Part shown: positions 53,619 through 64,000 of the stretch, piece after piece
Numbering within the stretch: position 1 is the first letter of the stretch
Layout of the letters: each line of letters opens with the position of its first letter
Source: Octopus vulgaris
Taxonomy: Eukaryota
DNA length: 64,000 nt
NCBI GenBank assembly: GCA_951406725.2
Contig: OX597824.1
Location: forward strand, 35,402,001 to 35,466,000
Reading direction: 5' to 3'
The notes under the pieces: model-generated
Told to the model about the DNA's origin: nothing
The model's database searches: none
Seen by the model: only the letters and a program-made list of their open reading frames with translations
Made by a program: the position numbers and the translations under genes

Positions 53619-53940
53619 TGATGATGATCCCTGGCTTACCATCCATGTAGGAAGTGCAAAAAATTGTCTTAACTGGTACGTCATGCGTATTGAAAAGAAC
53701 ATTGTCGTACTGAATTTTCTTTCCTTTTTCACCTTTATTTTTTTAATTTACTTTTTACATGTTTTTTCGTTTTTTTTCTTCTTTCCTGTTTTCGTTATCC
53801 CCCCTTTTTTTTCTATCACATGACTTTGTAAATGAGCAATTCTAATAGTCTACAAATGTATACAGTGAGTTTCTGTGCCCTAAGTGTCAGGAAGACACTC
53901 GGCAAGAAATGGAAACAAAATTGAAAGGATAAGATAATGA

Positions 53941-54005
<65 letters not shown>

Positions 54006-54362
54006 ATAATAATAATAATAGTAATAATTCTTTCTACTATAGGCACAAAGCTTCGAATTTGGCAGGAGGGGTTAAACCGATTACATCGACACCACTATTT
54101 AAGTGGTACTTAATTTATCGACTCCGAAAGGAAAAGTCGACCTCGGTGGAATTAGAACTCAGAATGTAAAGATTCTAACGATTCTGCTAGTTCGTCGTCT
54201 TTAATAATGATTTCAAATTTTAGCACTAGACCAACAATTTTGGGGGAAAGGGTACGTCGATTACATCGACCCTAGTGCTGAACTGGGACTTATTTTCTTG
54301 ACAACATTGTCAATAATAATAATAAAAAAAAATAATAATGATAATAATAATAATAATAGTAA

Positions 54363-54568
54363 AATGCCCTGATGCAGTACCAGGCAGTGGCTCCCGTGGC
54401 TTCTGATCTTAACTGATTGGAAGTGTTATCATGTACATTGTTTTGTCTTGGTATATATGTCGTGCATATATGGTTGTGATTCATGATGGGTATACATCAA
54501 CAGCGGAGGTACCCAATTACCAGTTTTACCCTAGTGCCACTTTGATGATATGCACTGCTCTCTCACTC
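54363..54568 (+). mobile_element. (AAT)n-embedded repeat, internally deleted relative to 62955-63452
   Basis: Shared 5' aatgcc(c/g)tgat(g/a)cagtaccagg and 3' cactttgatga(t/c)atgcac...ctctcactc-aataat. Confidence 0.7.
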
Positions 54569-55302
54569 AATAATAACAACAAAGTTTGAGTGTATGAGTC
54601 AGAAGAGACGGTCATCGGGTTCTTCATGGGTTAAAACACTTAGAAAAAGACATTTAAAGTATTATATGAGATATTTGCTAATTATTGTTTCCATCAGGGT
54701 AGTTGCTTTGGATATACGAAAATTGAGGCTGTTTGGAAAGTCAGAAGTATAGCTTGGAGATTGGTCAATTAAGTTGGTATTCCATAGATAAGATGATAGA
54801 ATGAACGGTGAATAAGGAAGAGCGAATATTGTGGTGAGAAAATGAAAGAAAAAGACAGACAAACAGATAGACGGGCAGAGAGACAGACAGAAAAATGTGG
54901 CGTAGTTAAAAATCTTGGTTTCAATAAGAATTAAATGAATGTGCGGATTCTGAAGTACTTAAGTTTCGTGGAGAAACTAGTGTAGCAGAAGTGCGGTTCG
55001 CTAGGCGGAATTTATTACTGCTGTGAGTGTATTAGAAGGTAAATCACTTAATTAAGTATTGGGTGGGTCGAAAAAGTTAAGTGGGTACGGTTAGAAGACA
55101 TTGGTAGAAATACACTTGGCAAAAGAACAGAATACACGGTTGCGGTTGAGAAGTTGTAAGTCTTTTGCTCCAAACATTGCAATAATTAAACCTTAAGAAG
55201 ATTGATGTTAGAGCTAGTCTTTGAAACGGCAACATTCCTGATGAATTAGTTGCTGATATTGGGTTCCAAGCTGTTATAAAGAGTAATATTCTTAATAAAT
55301 AT

Positions 55303-55692
55303 ATTGGTTTCAAATTTTGGCACAAGGCCAGCAATTTTGTGGTAGGGGCAAAGTTGATTACATCGACCGCAGTGTTCAACTGATACTGATTTTATCGACC
55401 CCGAAAGGATGAAATGTAATGCTGACCTCGGCGGAACACAACGTGAAAACAGACGAAATACCCATTTCTTTACTACCCACAAGGGGCTAAACACAGAGGG
55501 GACAAACAAGGACAGACACACGGATTAAGTCGATTACATCAACCCCAGTGCATAACTGGTACTTAATTTATCGATCTCGAAAGGATGAAAGGCAAAGTCG
55601 ACCTCGCGGAATTTGAACTCAGAACGTAACGGCGGACGAAATACCGCTAAGTACTTTGCTCATCGCGTTAACGATTCTACTAGCTCGTAACC
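55303..55692 (-). mobile_element. SINE family A chimeric dimer
   Basis: Junction gacgaaatacccatttc at about 55452-55468 joins a young-tail unit to an old-tail unit. Confidence 0.85.
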
Positions 55693-56694
55693 TTTTTCTT
55701 AATAAATATATTAGAAAGAATCTGTAAAACTCAACAGATGGTACAGTTTTTGGACTGACGTAAAAATGTTAACCCTCCGCGATGGAGAATTTGGGGATTT
55801 GTGCAGATCTGATGGAAACGAGAAACGGAATTCAGTTTTTGAGGTTGAAGCAATTCCAATTGATTGGAAGAGTCAGATAGTTTGGTATTTTATTCAGTTA
55901 CCGAACATCAATCATGGTAAGACACAATCTTCGATGGTTTCGGTCGACCACATCAATCTCCTTACTTGTTTGATCGTTCTCTATATATCATATTGTTAAG
56001 TTATGAAACGTAAAGAAGCTCATCATAAACAACAGTGTTACCCCAAACACAAATACGTAGATGTAGATACACATACAAACAGACATACATGCATACATAA
56101 AAACAGACGACAGATATATGTAGGTGCATATCTATATCTATCTTTCTACACTTTTTTTATCCAAGGGGAGGCAATGCGAGCAACAACCACAAGAACATCA
56201 CAAAATTCAAAGATAGACCAAACACATGCAAATCCTATATACTAATTTATATCTAAGCAGTCCGACATTTAAAAAAAATTTTTAATTCAGTAATATATAA
56301 GTATCATATACAAATAAAGATATAAATATAAATATAAATTTTGCACATAACACGCTTAAAACTGTTAGAATAAGAGAAATAAATATAATGATAATAAAAT
56401 AAAAATATGGCATATCAAAAGACGAATAAAATTCCGGCGAATAGTACATAGAATATAATACATATACAAGCTTACAAAAATATAAGATATACTGAAGTCC
56501 ATCTACGGGCCGTTTCGGGGGATGTGCCAATTAATATTAGTTTAGTAAATATAGAGAGTGGTAAACGAGATATAACTAAAGTAATGTAATTATTTTAAAA
56601 AATAGCTGTTAGTCGAGGACTCGAACCTGAATATGTGGCTTTGCATGTATGGGAGAATTTATAAAATCCGGACGGACGGACGGACGGACGGACG

Positions 56695-56726
<32 letters not shown>

Positions 56727-58182
56727 GCTGCACAATTTCCCTCCACCATTTATGACTAACAAAGCATTGAACAACCGCCCGAAAAAGCTTTACTCACAAG
56801 ACAATGAAAGTTTTTGCACACTTCGATGAACAGAAAATACCAGGGATAAAATATAAATCCGTAACTTCAGGAGCTGAATGACCGAAACATAACGCCAGTA
56901 TGATAAATAACCCAAGTGTTTAAATACAATTAATACGTCTCAATGTTTTTCATTTCGGTCATACATATCAAGATAGGCACGTATGAATATAGAGCGAGCT
57001 TTTGTCTTTAGCATAAATTGATAACGTGTAGCAGCCAGATTTGAATTTCATTTCATTCATATTTATTACTGAAAGAAACTGAAAATAATGTGTTGATGAT
57101 TTCAATGTATCCGATGACTAAATTGTATCAAATAAAATATATCAACTAGTAAACTGTAAAAACATTTCTTTTATTCCCCTGGGAATGTTTTGTTTTTGTT
57201 TTTGTTTTGTTTTAGTTGATATCCTGCTTGTGTCAAACAGCAATACTTTTGCTACGGACATGAATAATCTTCATGTCATCGAGCTGCTATCACGTAACAA
57301 AAAATCAATGATGGATAGATCTGAATTCGTGGATGCTTTTCATTTATCACAATTATACAGGAAACTAAAACAGCGCAGCTAGAAAATACATTAGGATAGC
57401 AAAATGGCTGCTTCACGATGACAAATTGTATCCTTGTTGGTTCGTATAAAGATAACGCTGCATACTACTATACTAGCCTTCCACTGAATTTGGTGAAATT
57501 ATACCAGTGATCTCCTGGATTTAAGAAATCTGCTAAACCCTACTTTATAATTTACCTTGTATTATGTTAAAACAAATCAGTATTTTGTTACAAGTTTCTC
57601 TGAACAGCTTGAAACATGAATCTTCTTTCTTACGCGAACAAAAATGCCGAGTTAACGTTTCTCCCCTATTTTTAAATGAATACAACTGATACAGTTTGAT
57701 ACAGTCCAAATGGCACTTGACTCTCAATAGCGGACTCTTTTCGCAGAAACTCTGTATGCCCCCGCTACCACCATCGCCAGAAGCAGAGTTATCCTGCATG
57801 ATTACATGACACTGTCCGGCGCCATAGTTAATTTGTTATATAACCTGGTTATCAGAACAACTCTTGGCTGTGTTCTACTTAACATTTCATGAGTTAATAG
57901 GAAATTATTTAACGAAACTTTACAGTTACTATTATCTGTGTTGTAAATAATGCAAAAATATGAGAAGATCCTGTGTCACGGAAATTTCCTTTTACATGTT
58001 AATGTGAACCAACTTGGCGTTTATCGTTTGCTGTAGAGTGTTCGTTAGTTCTATAAGAATGCTGTACCTTTAAAAAGCCGTCTGTGTTGCATGAAGTAAT
58101 GACTTGTGAACTTAAAGACTGTATTTTATCAAGATAATAGCTATTTCATGAGAGTGTATAAGTCTGTATAAGTATATCTCTC

Positions 58183-58295
<113 letters not shown>

Positions 58296-58356
58296 GTATA
58301 TATATATGTATATATATGTATATATATATGTATATGTATATATATGTATATATATA

Positions 58357-58450
<94 letters not shown>

Positions 58451-58712
58451 GTATGTATATATCACATAGGGCTCAAAACTGTACAAAGAAAAAGGGATAA
58501 AAAAATCCCACCGAATACTTTTATAAGCAGTCTGGAAATATCAAACCTGGGTAACCAAACTGTCCAATGTAGGCCAGAGTAATCAATATGCATATATATA
58601 TACGCGTATGTGTGTGTGTGTGTGTGTGTATACATGTATGTATGTATATATATATATATACATATATATGTATATGTATATGTATATATATGTATTTATA
58701 TATATGTATATA

Positions 58713-58782
<70 letters not shown>

Positions 58783-59391
58783 ATTGATTAAGTAAATAAA
58801 AATTGGAATTGGTATAACTATTTTGTACGCCGATCGTTTCGACCTATCCTGAAATTTTCCTTTACAGGTGGGATGCTGTGCATCATACCCTGCTGCATCA
58901 ATCTTGCAGTCTGGAACAAACAAGGTACATTCATACATAAAGTGGTGTCTCTTGACTTTGGGTAGTTATGTTGTTATTTGCTCTCTTAATTTAGGGAATG
59001 AAGCGGACAAATAACAACAAATAACAACTTACATGTCCGCCGAAAATCAAGACCTTTGCCGATGCACCACTTTATGTATGAATGTGCCTGATGTGATCCA
59101 GACAGCAAATTTGATGCACCATAGTATAATGCACAGTTGCGGGGTGAGTCGAAATGATGATCGTACAAAATAAAGAGTTACACCAGTTCCATCTTCTGTT
59201 TATTTAATCGATTATTATCTCAACTAATACTGCAGAATTCCTGAAGTAGATCCAAAGGAAATATGCCCCAGCTGTGGATGACATCAGGTATCCCAAATTG
59301 TGCCATTGCTTTACTCAACACATCAGCTCACTAATTGGCGTATACTCATTAGCATTAGTCCAAAATACTACATTATATATATATATATATA

Positions 59392-59520
59392 TTCACTTAC
59401 AAGGCTTTGGTCAGCCCAAAGCTATAGTAGAAGACATTTGCCTTAGGTGCCACGCAATGGGACTGAACCCGGAACCATATGTTTGGGAAGCAAGCTTCTT
59501 AGCACACTGCCACATCTGTG
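59392..59520 (-). mobile_element. SINE family B, 5' half
   Basis: Reverse family B head. Confidence 0.75.
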
Positions 59521-59543
59521 CTTATATGTGTGTGTGCGTGTGT

Positions 59544-59842
59544 GTGGAGGCGCAATGGCCTAGTGGTTAGGGCAGCGGACTCGCGGTTTCGATTCCCAGA
59601 CCGGGCGTTGTGAGTGTTTATTGAGCAAAAACACCTAAAGCCCCACGAGGCTCTGGCATGGGGTGGTGGCGATCCTTGCTGTACTCTTTCGCCACAACTT
59701 TCTGTCACTCTTTCTTCTGTTGGCCTTCTCGCTTAGCCAGCGGGGTGGTGTCATTTGAAGGCTAAAACATTTCGAAGCGCATTGTGACCAGCGATGTGTA
59801 GCAACATCTGATAGCCTGGTCGGTCACGGTGATCACGGTGAT
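59544..59842 (+). mobile_element. SINE family C
   Basis: Matches 28218-28526. Confidence 0.92.
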
Positions 59843-59854
59843 ATATATATATAC

Positions 59855-60430
59855 GTATTGAACGATACAAATATTAGATATTTTTCCGAATGCACAATTG
59901 CCATTAGAATAGCAGAAATACTGGGTAAATTACCCTTACAAAGCGGAAGTTTGTCAGTAACTAGGTATGGAGCTTGAACCCACATCCCTCAAAGACTTTG
60001 GCTGAGTGCTTTACCATTAAGCTAAACAGTATTCTTGCTGTTCTAATAGCAATTCTGTGTTTGAAAAATATCTAACTTGTATCGTTCAATACACGTTTCG
60101 ACGCTCATAAAAACGAATGTGAGTTTGTTTATATTTATACACGTAATTGTACATTTAGCTTCTTAGCGTCTAATTTCGCGGATGAATTTGTCAGTGGACA
60201 GTTTAGCTTAATGGCAAAGCACTCAGCCAGAGACTTTGAAGGATATGGGTTCGAGTCCCAAGGCTGGTTGTTGACAAATTTTTCCGCTTTGAAAGGGTAA
60301 TTAATCCAGTATTCCTGCTGTTCTAACGGCAATTCTGCGTTCGAAAAAATATCTAATTTGTGTCGTTCAATACTCATTACGACGCTTATAAAACAAATGC
60401 TAGTTTGTTAATATTTATACACGTAGTCAT
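59855..60430 (+). mobile_element. tRNA-like cassette element with inverted and partial tandem structure
   Basis: 59855-60027 is the reverse complement of 60201-60373; 60027-60145 is a direct repeat of 60307-60425; A box tagcttaatggcaaagc, B box gggttcgagtccc. Confidence 0.8.
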
Positions 60431-60434
60431 ACAT

Positions 60435-60479
<45 letters not shown>

Positions 60480-60522
60480 GACATATCTTCTAGCAAAAAG
60501 AAAGACATACATACATACATAC

Positions 60523-60625
<103 letters not shown>

Positions 60626-60766
60626 ATCCAAACATGAAAGCACAAAAAAAAACACAACAACGCGAGGACGTGGAACAAATATAGTATTATTGGACGCTCA
60701 GGAAAGAAGGAAAGATCCAGAGAAAGGAAGACAGAAGAAAAAAATCGCCAACGGTACACACGCGGT

Positions 60767-60839
<73 letters not shown>

Positions 60840-61118
60840 CATAAGCATAATTAAGCATTTTTAAAGGCTCGATGGAAGTATAAAGCAAACCTTACGAGTT
60901 ACGTAGTTATTACCCTTACTATGTGTATATATTTTAGTCAGCTGGTGAATTATGAAACCATTTCTTTTATTCCTCTCAGAGCGTTTGCTTTTCGCTTCAT
61001 ATCCTACTTGTGTTAGTGTGTGTGTGTGTGTGAGTGTCAGTGTCAGTGTCAGTGTGAGAATGGGTGTTTGTGTGTGAGCGTGTGTGTGTGTAAGTAATAT
61101 ATATATATATATATATAC

Positions 61119-61319
61119 CAGTGCTTTTCAAACTTTTTGCTGGAGCGGAACCCCAAGGAAACATTCCACTGGCTCGAGGAACCTCTGTGCAATAATTTAA
61201 TAGTCTTATGCACACATATTTGCACAGGAGAATTAAAAATTACTGCCGATTTTAGCAGTTTTGTAACTTCTTGCGGAACCCCTGGACTGTACTGGCGGAA
61301 CTCTGGTTGAAAACCACTG
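61119..61319. mobile_element. hAT-family MITE
   Basis: TIRs cagtgcttttcaa / ttgaaaaccactg; 8-bp TSD atatatac at 61111-61118 and 61320-61327; repeated gcggaacccc. Confidence 0.88.
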
Positions 61320-61608
61320 ATATATACACACACTGCTAAGATTTACCGTATCTCTGAAATGGCTCTTAGAAATGCTGTGTTATATATTATTCACTCTACC
61401 AGCGTTTGCACTGTTATGAAAATTGGTTCTGCCTGAGCTTATATATACTATAAAAACTCTACGATGTTCTCTATTTGTTCGGGAAATGAGTAGCCTACCT
61501 CTGACTACGTCGGTGTTTTCTCAGAACACGGTGAGAAAAAACGTGAACATTAAACAGTTTGTATACTTTCTTTTAGCAAGCTAAACTGTTTTCTGTAATA
61601 CAAACTGC

Positions 61609-61662
<54 letters not shown>

Positions 61663-62139
61663 GTAGTAGTGCATGCATCCGTGTTTGTGCGTGCATGTAC
61701 ATATATCTATATCTGTGATGCATATACGGAGAGAGAGAGGAAGAGCGAGAGCGAAAGAGAGCTAGAGTACCATTACAACGTGGATTATATTTAAATATAA
61801 ATACTTACAAAATCATATTCATATGTTTAATAAATATATATTTGGTGCTGCTACAGAAGTAGACACCGGTAGCAATGAAGATATTTTCATTAAACTATTA
61901 GATATGACTCATACACGTATTTATACATAACATAATCTCTGTTAGTCAGTAGAGTTATTTTTACGTGGTCGACAGCTTTGTATATTATGTAAATTAAGTC
62001 TGCTCACTGTTTTGTTTATATTTTCTAAACGCAACTCTAAGCTTCCTCTTTGAACAAATCCTGCTAGAAAATCAAGCTTCTGGTAACGATAATGCAATCT
62101 TCATTAGATATGAATGCAACGAGTCTTGTCCTATTTCTA

Positions 62140-62500
62140 TTTTTGCTTTTCTGTATCAGCAATGCTCAGCCTTTTCTCTCTTTTTACCAGCAATGTCATT
62201 CCCTGCATCCCATGTAAATAGACTTCATGTCTTTCTTGCTGACACTTCTGAAACGATGACGTGGTTGCCTTTGTGTTCCCCAGGCCAGTTTCCCGTAGAA
62301 AGATATTTCGAGATCCTCCCATTTGATATGCGTTGTACGTGGCGTACAACGTACGTAGTTGAATAAGGAGGAAGAGCCTGGATGCGAGCTAGAACGTCAT
62401 TCATATTGACTCGTGTTAAGCTGCATAGGTGAAAGGCGTTGAGAAGCCGCTCATTTTTGTAACAGATGCTCCAAAACTAACTGCCAAGGAGTAATGTACT
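62140..62500 (-). mobile_element. Decayed RTE (BovB-like) LINE ORF 3' region
   Basis: Frameshifted peptides LNAFHLCSL, NDVLAR, HVQRISNGRISK, FYGKLAWG..QPRHRFRSVSKKDMK match the RTE motif HVxRMxDGRIPKxxLYGELxxG..RPxLRFKDxxKRDMK. Confidence 0.7.
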
Positions 62501-62641
62501 GAAGCACGTAAGCTCTTTAGACTGCTAATTTCCTGTACACTATTAGCTTAATGCTTTCTAGTGACTCATTGTTAGCCTTGCTGGTGCTGAGGCTACTCGC
62601 CTAATACCTCTGCTGATCTCAGATTCTAATGAGAGCTTATC

Positions 62642-62875
62642 TTATTTCTTTACTGCCTGCAAGGGGCTACACACAGAGGGAACAAACAAGGACAGACACA
62701 CGGATTAAGTCGATTACATCGACCCCAGTGCGTAACTGGTTCTTATTTAATCGACCCCGAAAGGATGAAAGGCAAAGTCGACCTCGGCGGAATTTGAACT
62801 CAGAACGTAACGGCAGACGAAATACGGCTACGCACATTGCCCGGCGTGCTAACGTTTCTGCCAGCTCGCCGCCTT
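62642..62875 (-). mobile_element. SINE family A monomer
   Basis: Matches 801-1033. Confidence 0.9.
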
Positions 62876-62881
62876 GAATAA

Positions 62882-62954
<73 letters not shown>

Positions 62955-62958
<4 letters not shown>

Positions 62959-63452
62959 CCGTGATACAGTACCAGGTAGTAGCTGTCATGGCTTCTCATC
63001 CAACTGATTTGTCTAGGTATAAGATATGTCTAGGTATAAAAGATGGGCCACAGTAAATGTTTTGCTCAATACCACAGATTTTCTGAGTATGTCCTTTAGT
63101 GTCTGACGATATGTGCATGTTTGATCACGAGCAGAAGTAGTGGGGGAGCATCATAGCCATGTGTTGAGAGGAATTCTTTGGGGTTTGAATAATACACCTC
63201 TAGAAACCTGGGTGTTTTATTCAATATCCTTAAACAACCATTATTCAGGGACATTTTGAGCGGGATGAGCTGCTCTACCTGAAGAGAATTATCTCTGGGC
63301 CCCACCTGCAAGGTCATGCGCTGTTTACCTTGATATGTGATCACCATGTCCAGCTGGTGTAAGCTTATCAGACGGGTGGTTATTATGGGTATACTGGGAA
63401 TCGTATATTTTTCCCCAGTGTCACTTTGATGACATGCACCATTCTCTCACTC
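62955..63452 (+). mobile_element. About 500-bp non-coding repeat inserted in (AAT)n
   Basis: (AAT)n on both sides; homologous ends at 54363-54568. Confidence 0.7.
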
Positions 63453-63784
63453 AATAATAATAATAATACACTTTTCTAATATAAGCAGGAGGCCAAATAT
63501 TTAATGGGAAGGAACAATCGATTACATCAGCCTCAGCACCAGATTGGTATTTAGTTTTTCGGACAGGAGCGTATGAAAAGCAAAGTTAACCATGGCGAGA
63601 TTTGAACTCAGAACATAGAGAGCCATAGCAAATATTATAATCGTGAGCGTATACACACACACACACACAAACACACACAACACAACACACACACACACAC
63701 ACACATATTATTTTATTCACCTTATTTCGAGCTGTACGGATAATACCGAACTATCTTGGTACCTAATTCAACTGAATCTCAATT

Positions 63785-63857
<73 letters not shown>

Positions 63858-63901
63858 CATACACACGCACATATAGATAAATAGATACATACATACATAC
63901 G

Positions 63902-63939
<38 letters not shown>

Positions 63940-63965
63940 CATACATATATATAGATATCTATATA

Positions 63966-64000
<35 letters not shown>

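Noticed and set aside
57545-57799. 84-aa minus-strand ORF ending near an aag|gtaaat donor
   Set aside because: No recognisable motif or supporting exon; compatible with chance, not excluded.
60200-60266. Functional tRNA genes (also the SINE heads and 13121-13180)
   Set aside because: D and T arms present, but acceptor and anticodon stems are poor and the context is repetitive.

Overview
AT-rich, repeat-saturated animal DNA, most consistent with an octopus intergenic or intronic region. That assignment is inferred from the SINE families and the extreme (TA)n/(CA)n/(TAA)n load. No intact protein-coding gene is supported, and almost all ORFs in the track are microsatellite or SINE artefacts. 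The window contains (i) dozens of copies of three tRNA-derived SINE families, here called A, B and C; (ii) 3' remnants of CR1-like, RTE and Dong/R4 LINEs; (iii) a decayed DD41D (rosa) Tc1/mariner, hAT- and Merlin-like MITEs and a Helitron-like element; and (iv) a rich set of Penelope-like element (PLE) fragments. The PLE layer is the most interesting. At least nine minimal type-I hammerhead ribozyme motifs can be read by eye, including an apparent G3:C8 compensatory core variant and a recurrent A6U variant. A GIY-YIG frame has its only stop, TGA, at a predicted zinc-ligand Cys (possible selenocysteine). There are foldback insertions with microhomology junctions, and tRNA-like cassettes inserted with PLE-type inverted plus tandem geometry (a candidate PLE-mobilised tRNA-derived element class). 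SINE A also forms recurrent 184-bp multimers with a fixed junction. All calls were made by eye with no database search; family names are tentative and many boundaries are approximate.
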